A stretch of 64,000 bases of DNA. Origin: Epiperipatus broadwayi (Eukaryota > Animalia > Onychophora). The stretch is taken from NCBI GenBank assembly GCA_028023455.1, contig JAQFVV010000009.1, positions 2,976,001 through 3,040,000 of the forward strand. The letters are read 5' to 3'. A program made the translations under genes and the position numbers. Under the pieces are notes generated by a model. The model was given only the letters and a program-made list of their open reading frames with translations, ran no database searches and was not told the DNA's origin. Below, piece after piece: positions 51,011-63,570 of the stretch. Positions within the stretch are counted from its first letter, which is position 1; each line of letters begins with the position of its first letter.

Positions 51011-53271
51011 TATATTATCTCATACTATATATTTATTCTATGTCTCACTTAAAATATAGATCTATTAGTCTAGTATAGAGAAAATAAACTATGTACTTAA
51101 CAGTTTAAAACAGAAGTGTTAAAAACTGAGAAAGGCTTAAATAGTTCATTGTTTTTTATCAATGATCTAGCATAAAACATTGAAAATTATTCAAAATAAA
51201 TAATACATAAAAATTGTAACCTTCCTTTTTCATGTCAGAATGTCATTTCATTTACCACTTATTTAAATAGTATCAATAAGTAAAATTAATAATTTATAAT
51301 TAAAAATAGTCATGGACTCATTACCTTATTACAGAAATAGTAAAGGCTCACATCATGTTGCAATATTTTTATTTTTTCAGCGTATCAATTCTATATATTG
51401 ACCATTACTAGATGACTAATTAGGTAGAGCATAGATCATTACATGAAATAAAATTCTATGACTATTCATGATTCCAAAACTATAAAAGCTGACAGGCCCT
51501 TCTACAAAAGAAATATTTTGGTACATCTATTTTCATCTGGTAATTTTTAAACAATAATTAATAACTTACAATAATAATAAACTTTTTGTCTTCTTTTCTA
51601 GCACTAGCTTATTAAAATACCTGTCAGTCAAAACACTCTCTTTACAATTGCTCAGATCTCAGTTTACTAAAATACATAACTCCAATTCCACAATCCTTAT
51701 ACAAATATAAACAATATCAATAACAATCTCAATCTGTTGTCAAAGCAACCTCCATTTTTACAATAAAGGTAGATTATTAAATCAAAGTTTAAATAATCCT
51801 CATTAAACAGGCAAATGTAACCTGTTCTGAAAGCAGACTAACAATAGTCAATTATAACTTTCAAATTACAATGAAATTATGTATTACATGTCCTTTTTAT
51901 TTGAATTGCACATTCTATTAGAGCTGAATAAAATAACAGTCAAACCTAGAAAATTTATATCAACAATAACAGGCAAAAAATACAATGGAAAAGATAAAAA
52001 AATTTTATTGGCATTTTATGTATTACTGACATTGAATCAAGTAAAAACAATATATGTTGTATAGGATTTATAGAAATATTCTATAAAAATTGAATAAATA
52101 CCAAGTGGAAATTTAATATATTTTTAAATTCAACAAAATATGTATTATTTTAATCCACATATTTATTTAAACATATAACAATTCTTCCACATAAATTTCA
52201 AAGTTAGATTATAAAAAAACCTTAATAAAAAAAAGACTATAATAATAAAAAAAAAAATTTTATAATATAAATCTAATTATATTTTCAAGTAACATGTTCA
52301 ATCTTCAGGGATGTATTATTTATACAGCTAACTTAATGCATATTACAAATGTGCTAAACCCATCCTACTATCATAAAATAATTATATATTATTAAAATAT
52401 GTATATCTTAAATATGGTAACTCAAAATCATGGAGAATTTTTAAAAATAAAACAATAGCTTTGAAAGGAAGAATAAATATGATCTGATCTGTGAAGTTCA
52501 TAATTTTCTAAATATTCATAATTGTGATATTGATTTGTTCTACAATGGTTTGAAGTATTTTGGTGATGTTTAGTTTCACTTAATAATTAACAATATTAAA
52601 GATTATCAATTTTGAAACCTTAATCTATTTGGCAGTGTGAAATTTCAATGATTCATTTAATCAGATATCAACAATATGATCTTTTCAAGCTCAAAACATT
52701 TCCCCCTACAAGTTTATGAAATCAGTATTTTTTAATTATCCTTAAAAATGCTATCTATGATTAAATTATACAATGATATGCATTTTAATATTATAAGTTA
52801 TTCAAAATATAGTATTACAAGTTTAATTATTTTGTTCAATTTTATGTATTATCCATCTCAGTAACATAGCTATCATGAAACAAACTAAAGCAATGTATAT
52901 GAATCTTAGAGCCCCTTTCTTTTTTATATTTCAAGAAACATTAAAGTTTGTTATAAATTTTAAAAAGCCTTTGATGGAATTTTGAATAGACGCTTAAAAA
53001 TGTAAGCTATGTCACTTTTCTATTTACAAGTTTTTAACATTTTTTTTGACAATATGACATTTCCATAAACTTCTATTATTATTACCATATTTCTTAGCTT
53101 CATATATGATCAATGAAATCAAATATAATTTAAAACTTAAACCATTTTGGAATTAACTTACTTTCTTTTTGGCAATATGTAATTTATTAAAAATAAATGA
53201 ACTAACATTTATATTGATTACTTTTTATTTTAAATTCCTCTAACCATGATTATTTGATAGATTTAACATTA

Positions 53272-53460
53272 CAACAGGCAAAATTCTCCATACAGTAGTA
53301 CCACTCAGTTCATGCCAGATTAATCAATGGATGACAGAAGGCTTGTGCATAAAATCCCTATCCAGTGCTTACTCATCCAATATCTCCACACTAGTTTCTG
53401 TCCCATGGTCTTTGTCAGAGAGGAAGCATAAAAAATGGTAATCATGTGAGATTTAACATT
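53272..53460 (-). mobile_element. Family A fragment with an inactivated hammerhead
   Basis: acaggcaaaattctccatacag...gaaggcttgtgcataaaatcc. Minus-strand motif UCCUCU-CUGACaA-AGACCAUGGGACA-GAAA-CUAG-Ug-UGGAG (core and cleavage site mutated). Confidence 0.75.
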
Positions 53461-53961
53461 AGCAAATAAAAGTATACCAATCAATACAATTCCGCTGAGG
53501 ATAAAAGTATCACATTTCTATAATTTTTCCTGTATGTTTAAGCACTTACACATATCTGATATCAAGACCAAAAACAAAATGAGTATATTGGAATCTGACT
53601 GCTGCAATGATACGTTCTAGGTTTTCATTTTTAATGCATCATAATATACAAGATAATTAATCAAAATCTTTACTAAAATAAGAATTCTTTTTTGGGAATA
53701 TTAAAAAAACAAAAAGTTAATTAGATCAGAAATTAAAGTATAATAGATATAATAGGTGTATTGATAAAGGCAGTTTTTGTTCACTGGCTGTTTTCAAATT
53801 ACAATAGTGATCACACTCAAGGATTTATTTTGTGGGCAAAAAGAATTCTAAAAAAATATATTCCTAATGAAGTGTTGACACATCATATTTCTGGATATGG
53901 AATTTCTTATTCAAAAGTATCTGAAATATTTTTATGATTAAAACATCAGAAATTCACAATT

Positions 53962-54541
53962 ATTAAAATAGACAAAATTCTCTACACGTATTACCACTCA
54001 ATGCAAGCCAGAGTAATCAATAAATGCCAGAAGGCTTGTGCATAAAATCCCCATCTAGTGCCTACTCATCCAATATTCCCAGACTAGTTTCTAGATTGTG
54101 GCCTCATCAGTGAGGTGCCTTGGATCTGAAATCACTGCACCTAGATCTTAGGATTTAATGCAACCCTCCAGCAGCCACCTTTTATCTCTACTTAACTACA
54201 AGTCTTAAATTGAAAACACTATAATATTTTCAAACCAAGCTCATTAGCTTACATAGTCATATAGGTCTGAACTCAGTTCAGTACCTATACATTTTGGTGA
54301 CTTTCTTTAATAACCATAGCCACCACCACTATCCCTATTGGGCAGGATTGATTTTAAGCCAATAAACATCACATGATCATTTCTTATGCTCGCTTATAAC
54401 TGTTATTAAAACAGGCAAAACTCTATATGTATTGCCACTCAATGCAAGCCAGAGTAATCAATGGATGCCAGAAGGCTTGTGCATAAAATCCCCATCAGTT
54501 ATAAGCAAATATAAGAAATGGTGATCATGTGATGTTTATTG
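53962..54541 (-). mobile_element. Family A 1.2-mer (441-bp period) with a short inverted segment at its 5' end
   Basis: ccactcaatgcaagccagagtaatcaat recurs at 53994 and 54435. 54498-54541 is an inverted piece of the same unit. Confidence 0.88.
54078..54115 (-). ncRNA. Type I hammerhead ribozyme, family A (core intact, stem II weak)
   Basis: CCUCA-CUGAUGA-GGCCACAAUCUA-GAAA-C-UA-GUC^UGGG. Stem I 4 bp including G.U; stem II poorly paired. Confidence 0.65.
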
Positions 54542-57500
54542 AATTCACAATTACTTATATTTTCTGGAAGTATTTATGATGAATGATAGATTAGGTAGTG
54601 ATAAAATGACAGACTTTTGAGAAAAAATTGTTAACTTTTATGCACTTGCATTACAACTTGAACTTAACTGTGATTTTATTATTTGGTGTTTTGCTGATGA
54701 AGAGGTTAAAAAAGAGATATGCAAAGGATTACTTCTTTTGAGGATCCAGCAAAATGAGACAAGCATACAAATATCACAGTTTTGTAAAACTCCATGTCTG
54801 CTTTGCTTTTTATTAACAATTTAGTTATCGACTTCCTTTCATAATTGTTATTTTTGGATATATCCTTTCCCATTTTATATTTTTTAATTAAGACTGCATA
54901 GTTTAGGATAAAATACCAATTATTTGAAATATCTTGAAAAGAATTGGTTATGCTAGAAGGATGTAGTTAGGGTATGATAAAAACCTATAATTAAACAAAA
55001 TGTTTCAAAAAGAAAAGTTTGCTTCAGAAACTAAGACATCAAACGATATCAAATAACCAACTAAAACTTGTGAAGCATGTAAATATACATCATGGATTGG
55101 TTTAAGGTCTTACTAAATTTATCTTTTTTATTCTTTTAGAGCTAGAATAGTTATATTTGATTTTGAGTGACTATTAATTCAAAGTTGATTGTGCTTTCTA
55201 CGGGGAGGGGGATGAATTGCAGCAGCCTGTTCTTTCATATGAGCTAAAAATATGATACTGTAATTTCAAAAAATTTAATTTTTCTTTTAAATGTTATTAA
55301 TAAAATGCTTTATAAATATTTAAAATCTTATTAAAGAGTTAGAGATATAGTGAATAATGGTTTGGTTAATAAAATGGTTTAAGAATATATTAAATAGGAT
55401 AGATTCATAAAGCAAAATATTCTTAGATAACTGCTGATGGTAGTTTTAAAGGTTTAAATTTATAAAAAATATTATTAAAAAATTACTCAAAAATAATATA
55501 TTTAAAATATAAAGATATTATAAAAATTTTTGAGCAAGGCATATGAATTATAAAACAAAGAAATAAGATAAAATGTTATTATTGTGGTATCGACAAATAG
55601 TCAAGTATAGTTTGATAAATTATAATTTAACAAAATCTGCATTTTTATTTCAATTCCATAAATAAATTAATTACACAATTATTATAGTAGGTCTTTATAA
55701 TTAATATTTGATACACTTTTATTATAAAATATTTTAAGAATTACTAACCATTGTAAAGCTTACATTTGTACTAATAATTAGCAGGCAATAATAAGAGAAA
55801 TGATTTTAAATTTTTAGTTAATTAATTAGAATGTTCAACTTCAAGGAAAGTTAGAGGGAAATGTTTCATTAGTATTTTTATTATGAAAAAATATACTTTT
55901 TAGTAAGTATTAAATAATAACAATAATGAAAACAGAATTTAATTATTTATGCTTAGGTAAAGATAATAATGAAATAAAAAGTATATATGAAGAATTTGAG
56001 GAAAAACATAATACTTCTATAATAGTTATGGAGGATTGGAAAATTGTTGTAGTATAGATTATTAAAAAGTAAGAGATTGATCAGTTTTTATTTTTAGATT
56101 AGAAAATGACACATTTCGACATCCTGGATCTGATAGATTTGAATAATTATATAGTAAAGATAGAATTGAGATTAACAAATATGAATCAAGAATAAAATGG
56201 CTTACTGTGAGATTGAAAGGGAAATTTGTTGGATAAGAAAAATAATAGAGAAAAGGCTTTTCAATAGAATTAATCCTTTAATTGTACTATTGTGAAAAAT
56301 TCTCCTTTTTTAAAGAATTATCTATACTTAGTAAAAGATTACATATGATAAATTATGCAAAAAAATCAAATACAATTCATTATGCTGTATTAATAATTTT
56401 TATTAATCATTCATTAAACTAGATATTTATTTATTATGCTGTATTTTTATGACATAATAAATGTTCTAAATATAAAAACTATTTTTATACTTACATCATT
56501 TATTTATTATTCAAAAACAGAAATTGCATAAATATTATTAACATGCCATTTTATTCAGAATTAAAAATAATTTATTGCTTTAAATGGGGGGGGGGGGTAT
56601 TTTTTATTAGCAGTAAAGTAATTTTATTGTAGTATTATTTAAATGGAAAATGGGTCTTTCATTTTTTAGCTAAAAAAGTGTTACTATAATCTATGTTCCA
56701 TTACAAAATGCAGCTACCATGAACATGACATAAATTAAGAAAATAATTTACATTTTATAAAAAAAAATTAAAAACATTAAAATATTTATGTATTCAAAAA
56801 TTAGATTGCTAAATGTATTATTTTTAAGTTTATTTAAGTATTTTTTTTTTATACAATAGAAATTTATTAATTTTCATTTGCTTGTTTTATGTGAATGATG
56901 GCTCTATCTTGTGGTAGAGCATATGCTATACTAATATCAAAATAGCCTTCATTTATTTCTAGGTTAATTCTTCAAACCAACCTTGCACCCAATTAAATAG
57001 GATAATCTCTTTGTGCATGTGTGTACATTATTTTCTTTAGTTTTCTGTATGTTTTTTGGGGGAAATGTACTATATATAGGTAAGTTAAAATCATTGTCTT
57101 TAAACACATATGCTTGATCAGCATGTGTAAAGTATCTAGTGCTAACAGAGGCATAAATATATCCCATTTAAGGAATTTACTCATATAGATTTGTGCATAT
57201 ACATGGGACATACATGAAGGGAATGGGGATATATGGAAGTGAAACATAATTATGAAATGAATCCATGATGCAAATCTTTGGGAAAAAAGTCTAGTACTGT
57301 TTGACCAGTCTTTTATGTTATTTATATCACTGAATCAATAATCATGACTCATCAAATTTGGGGGATAGAGGATTTGACTTTACTAAGGAAATTATTAAAA
57401 TATGTGCAATTTTTTACAATAAAAAAAAAAAAATAGGATGCTTCTGATAAATCAAAAAATATTTTTATTTTTTATTACATTTTTAAAGATAACTTTTCAG

Positions 57501-58494
57501 ATATAAATGGGATTATCATTCCCATATTAAATCTATGATTAATCAAATATTTGCACTCATACTCTTAGCATTTACATTCACAGCAATAACTGACTTAGGA
57601 TTCAGTTACAAAGTTTCCAAGTTATGAATCCTGGTTTCAAAGTATTGTAATTCACTTTCCTCAAAAGTAAATAAATTGTGGCTTTTATTAAGGCATGCTT
57701 TCTCTAAAACTTCTACAGTCACCCTCAATGTAATTTTTAAGTCTATTTGCCTCTGATAAACTACAGAATCTTTGCAATCCAGCTGAGCCAACAACTTTAC
57801 AACAGTAATTTATTTCAAAATGTCTTTTTTAATTTAGACAATATATGTGAATATTATTCAATGCATTTCTGCATTTGAAAAATTAAACCAATACAAATTT
57901 TATGAATTATAGCCCAGACCTTTTTTACAGATATATCATTCATATTCTGATTAGTAATTGACCAATTGCTCACACAATGACTTCTTCAATAATAGAATTG
58001 TCAACATGTTAAGCTTGTGAAGATGTTGCAAATGTTTGATGAATAATGATCCTATCATTTCACATCACCATTTCTGATAACAAAATATTAAAGTATAAAA
58101 GAATTAAAGTTGAGGCATTATCAAATACTGGAAATGTCTATTGATAATGCACAGACATTGACAAATATGTTTTTTCTTCAATAGAAATGGACTAAATTCA
58201 CCATAATGATCATCATTTACTACATTACTATATCACTTTGAATATAAGATGCCCTCCACCCAAATTTTGGACCTGTAAAAGAGGGACGTGGCTTAAATTT
58301 CAATCTAATATTTTTAACGTCTTATTTCTGTGGATCTTTGCTTTACGCTATACATGCGCATAGTATTACAATCATGATTGCTTATATCTCTGTGTAGAAT
58401 AGTGTTAAATCTGTGTAACCAAAAGAAAAAAAATTTTTTTGGATTAATTTCATAAACGATTTTAACTTTCTTTCAAACTGCTGCTTTTAATGCT

Positions 58495-59070
58495 ATTTTA
58501 CCATTATTTTATTGAGAAAACTGTACCAACCATTAGCATTTTTTTACAATTAATACAATAATGATATAAGAATCTACCTTTACTCTGATTTGTTGTTCTC
58601 TAGCCTATCAAAAATTTGAGTTCTGTTATCTTTGTTTTGATTTGAAAGTGAAAATGTATGTTTTAGAATTTTTTGATGTTATTTTATTGATTTTACCATT
58701 TATTTATTGCGAAAACTGTACTAAATGACTTAGAACTTTTTTTACAACTAATAAATCAATACAACAATGAGATAAGAACCTGCCTTCGCTCTAATTGGTT
58801 ATTTTTTGTTCTCTGGGCTAGCAAAAATTTGAATTTTGATTCCAAAATGAAAATCTATGTTTTAGAATTTTTTAACATTATTTTGCTGATTTTAGTTATT
58901 TTATTGAGAAAATAAATCAATAAAACAATGAGATAAGAACCTGCCTTAGGTCTGATTAGATGTTTCATGTTCTCTACACAAGCGAGTGCCTGTCAACAAT
59001 TTTTGAGTTTTGATATCTTTGTTTTGATTTCCAAGTGAAAACATGTTTTAGAATCTTTTTTTACACATTT
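58495..59070. repeat. Diverged tandem array, ~3 copies of a ~195-200-bp unit
   Basis: ttattg(a/c)gaaaa...acaa(t/c)aatga(t/g)ataagaa(t/c)ct(a/g)cct recurs near 58510, 58705 and 58900. Confidence 0.75.
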
Positions 59071-60403
59071 ATAATTTTTTCAGAAAATATTTATAAAAAT
59101 ATAAATTATTTTAGAAGAATGATTCAGATTTTAATATAAAGAAAAATTTACTTTTACATGAAAATAAATTGAGAAAGAAATCAATGATGTATAGCTGCAA
59201 TTTGTAATTGGATGACAAAAATATATTTTATATTGACCGCTATAGAGTATTTTTTCCCAATTATAAAGAAATATTTATTTTTAAAAAACTTTCATTTACA
59301 TTATAAATCTGATAAATTATTAATTTACATTTTACAAAAGGTTTTTAATCAAAAAAAATTTAGTAGTAACATTAAATGACAATACCATATTTTAAAATCT
59401 TTTTTTTTCTTTGGAAATTTTTTTTTTTTTTACAGTAATGCAAACAATATATGTATAATTTTGGGTGGGTTTTGTAATCCTGGAAAGATATACTTGAAGA
59501 AATTTAAATAGCCTGAAGATGATATATCTGGATGGAATAGTGTAGCTGAGAATTCAAGTTCTGAAAGTGAAATTATGTCTGAACAAGATTTGCAATAAAT
59601 TAGGTAAGCTTATTGTATTTATATTAATTCCTATTTAAGTAAATTGAAATGTTTCTTATTTTTCAATAATATCATTTTTACAATTTTTTTTCCCTCAATT
59701 TTCCAAGCTGAAAATTCTATTGTATCTTATATTCTAACTAATACAGTATTTTAATTTTACATTATATAAAGTAAAAAGAATACTTTGAATATGAAAAATA
59801 AATATGGTAATTTAGCTAGAGTTGTAAATAAAATAATATATATATATGAATAGACTTTATGAAATTGCATTAAAATCTGATGAGTTCTGTTTTGCCATTT
59901 GGAGTTCTACTATTAACAAGTTATTATACATTATATGACTATATAAATTTGTAATTGAAATTTTTTCACCTCAAGAATGCCACATAAGCAGCTTTCATGT
60001 TTTTAATATTCAACAATCTCTTCGCTTATGACATTTAGTTCCAAGCCTTGACAAGGATATTTAAATTCCTGAACATTGATGAATTATATATAATATGCTT
60101 TTTTAAAATCACACATATATATGTATAAGTTTGTGTATGTACTGTAATACATTGTAAAAACTAAAAAATTGTAATGTAAAAAAAAAAAAAAATTTAATCA
60201 GTTTCAACTAAACTGCAGATATAAAAATATGATGAGGGAAGGATATTAATTATATATCAATAATTAACTGCTTCATTAATAAATTAAATATATAAAATTG
60301 TAATGAATGCACAAATACATGCAGCAATATCATTCTGTAAAGTGTAATAAATAGTTTGCCATCACTTTTTACCTAACTTAACAAGCTTTTCAGAATATCC
60401 CCA

Positions 60404-60442
60404 ACCTCAGACGGTTTCTGCTATTGGCTTCCTCAGTAAGGT
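60404..60442 (-). ncRNA. Type I hammerhead, family B (core intact, 1-nt deletion in stem III)
   Basis: ACCUUA-CUGAGGA-A-GC(CAAUA)GC-A-GAAA-C-C-GUC^UGAGGU. Confidence 0.65.
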
Positions 60443-60764
60443 GCTAGGATATTCAAGCATTAGATTTAAAATACCAGACCAAGCCCAGCACTTTATCTAA
60501 TAGATAATTATTAAGTAGAAATTCTGAAATTTTCAGACATTCATGTCTTCCGATCCAGCTATCTAAATTAAATAGCAATATAAAACTGAACTAAGTTCGG
60601 ATACACTATAATATTAAGTTCAGTCCCATATGGCTATTTAAGTTAGATAGCTGAATTGGAAGATATATGTCTGAAAATTTCATATTTTCTACTTAATAGT
60701 TATCCATTAGACAAAGTGCTGGGCTTGGCCTGGTATTTAAAATCTAATGCTTGAATATCCTAGC

Positions 60765-60804
60765 ACCTTACTGAGGAAACCAGTAGTAGAAACCGGTCTG
60801 AGGT
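60765..60804 (+). ncRNA. Type I hammerhead, family B (intact)
   Basis: ACCUUA-CUGAGGA-A-AC(CAGUA)GU-A-GAAA-C-CG-GUC^UGAGGU. 6-bp stem I, palindromic ACCGGU stem III. Predicted cut after 60798. Confidence 0.78.
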
Positions 60805-63039
60805 TGGGGATATTCTGAAAAGCTTTTTAAGAGCTACTTGCAAGCTCATTATATAACATTTGTAATATAAGCTTGTTAAATTAGGTCATGTAATATGTGA
60901 CTTCTTTGTAATTTTATTTTTTGCTATTAACTCTTTGGTGATTTTATATTGCTAAAGCTCTTAATATATGGTATATCTGAACTTAGTTCAGGTGGGATTG
61001 GAAGACATATTAATGTCTGGAATTTCAGATTTTCTGCTTAATAGTTATCTACTAAATAAAGTGCAGGGCTTGGCCTGGTATTTTAAATCTAATGCTTGAA
61101 TATCCTAGTACCTCATTGAGGAAGCTAGTAGCAGAAATCGGTTTGAGGTTGGGGATATTCTGAAAAGCTTAATAAGAACTATTTGCAAGCTCTTTATATA
61201 ATGACCATGATATATACATTATCTGAATTATTTATATTGCAAATTTTTTTTTTTAATGAAAATTTAAAAATTGATAATAAAAATAATGTAATGTAGAACG
61301 AACCTTCAATTTAATTTAAAATTATATCTGTTACATCCTTAATTTAAAATGCATATTTTTAATAAGATGTTTTCTTAAGGCATGCCTAATTTCTATTTGA
61401 TTTTTTATTTCAGTAAATACTTGTCGAAAAAAACAACAACCTCTTTTTGATGTATGATATTCTAATAGTTTGCTTTCTAGTTTTGCAATTCAAATCTGTG
61501 GTCCTGGAACCACAATTTTTAGTTCTAACATAAGCTATGACTGCTGACTTTCACATTTAATAATTGCATTAAGACCAATAATCTATTCTAGACCAACACC
61601 ATTTTATTATTTCAGATTACTACATTATAAATAAGAGTTTTTTCTTCATTAGAGCTATTCATTGTAAACTTGAATAAAGTTTATGTTTACTTGCAAGATA
61701 AAATAATAAACCACATTGCTGGATACTAATATAATTTAGTCCCTATCCACAAAATGATTCAAAGCTGGAATCAATGCAATTATATAATTGGTAACCATAT
61801 TTAATTTCTTTTTTATTATTAACTATTGAAATTAAAATAAGAATTTATGGTTTGGAATTGAAGCTAGCATGTATAGTAATATAGATCTGACATCTGCAGG
61901 CTACATTAACTTTTAAGTGTCCAATAAAAAAGAGTCAAGACAGTTGTGGATACTTTATACTCAATCCAATTCTTCTCAATAATGAAGGCAAATAGGCAAA
62001 AACTACTGGTGATTTAATTGGTATATGGTATCTATTGATCACTCATAAATACAATAGATAGCTCTTAAGTTCATTTCTGTTTATATTGCATATAAATATA
62101 AACTGATATTATGTTGACAATTGTTTTCAAATATTAACATAGTTATTTGATAATAGAACTTAAACTTGTACAATAATATGCATTTAATTTTTCATTATTA
62201 CTAAATAAAAAATAAGCAACACATATTCAGATGACAGAATGACAGACGCTCAAGGTTCATAAACCATGGTCCAGCTCCAACACCTTCAGCATTCCAATAT
62301 CTTTTAAATGCCTGTGCAATGAAACTTTTTTTTTAATTAATGAAATATCCTATAATTACATTAATATCTTTAATTTGAAATTTATAAAATAACTTATACA
62401 TGTTCAAAAAATTTCCTACTTTTTTTGAGTACATTTCAAAATTTTTATTTAGAAAAATGCTGAAATGATTTGATAGAAAGTTATTTCTGGTGTTTGTGTA
62501 TTGTTAAAATATCATACTGGTTATCCTAGAAGATCTAAATATCTCACCTTTACATTAAAAGTTAATATAATTAAGTCATTTCATTGGGGGAAATTTTAAA
62601 ATGCCAAAGTATAGATTTGTTTCACTGCAGTGACTTCTGATGGCTCGTTGATGTGCTTTTTTCCAATTGATTCTGAATTTCATAACATGTAGAAGTCTAT
62701 ATATATATAAGATTTCAATCCCAGATTTTATTTTTCTTTGTACCCAAATCATAGATATAGAATTATTATCAAATAAATTATCTTGGTGTTTTTTTTTTAG
62801 TCTGAAGTTATCTCCATTTTTGTGCAATTTATTACACAATATGCATATGTCATCCCTGTTTGAAAATAATAAAATAAAAAAACTTAAGACACAAAAATAA
62901 CCATTTTATTTAAATGTTAATTACTTAATAAACATTCCTAATTTTATTGTTTTTATTTATTAAATATAACAAAAACAGTACTTTACTAATAAAGCAACAA
63001 CATAAAATTGCTTATATCTGAAAGATAATTTAATCACAT

Positions 63040-63570
63040 AAAATTTATAATGGTTTTTCAAAAAAGAAAATTATGATTAATGATACTGAATTAGAAGTTT
63101 ACAAATATCTGAATCAGACTATTAATATAGATGAAAGCATGATGGATGAAATTAATCAGAGAATTTCATTTGGATAAAATACTTTTGGAAAAAAAAAATA
63201 ATAATATTAGAAGAAAATGTACTTAGAATTAAAGATTTTACATAAATGTTTTATCAAAATTACTTATGGAACTGAGACTTGGAAATTTAATAGAAAAAAT
63301 ATATAAATATTGGACTAGAGCAATATATAAGGAATTGGCACTTGCAAGAAATAAAAAGAGAAATACATGGACAGGGGAAAAATCATTGAAAATTTTGAAT
63401 ATGAAGCGAGAATAGCTGAGCATGTTGGACAACTGAATTCTTAAACCAGATTCCAAAAGATTGTAAAAAAGAAAGTGTTCACTGATGTAATATGGAAAAG
63501 CTTTAGATAAAAATCGCAGAGATTCATCAAACAATAAATTGATAATGGTTAAAATGATAGAGATTAAAAT
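63040..63570 (+). mobile_element. RTE-clade LINE 3' fragment
   Basis: acttatggaactgagacttgg (~YGTETW), ggataaaatacttttggaaaa (~GW..FGK), tagctgagcatgttggaca (~AGHV.R). Stops and frameshifts throughout. Confidence 0.7.

Larger units (their letters stand above)
60383..61190. mobile_element. Hammerhead-bearing repeat family B: one minus copy plus a plus-strand head-to-tail dimer (345-nt spacing)
   Basis: 60383-60620 is the reverse complement of 60620-60830. gggcttggcctggtattt(t)aaatctaatgcttgaatatcctag...ttggggatattctgaaaagc is repeated at ~60721 and ~61066. Confidence 0.88.

Noticed and set aside
57600-58320. Possible pogo-like transposase relic (minus strand) with a TIR-like start near 58240
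   Set aside because: Only a faint ATSSQA*HVDNSII resemblance to the DDE region; too decayed to call.
864-63534. The remaining short ORFs in the supplied six-frame track
   Set aside because: Low-complexity I/F/K/N/Y-rich translations expected from AT-rich non-coding DNA, or fragments and antisense frames of the TE relics already listed.
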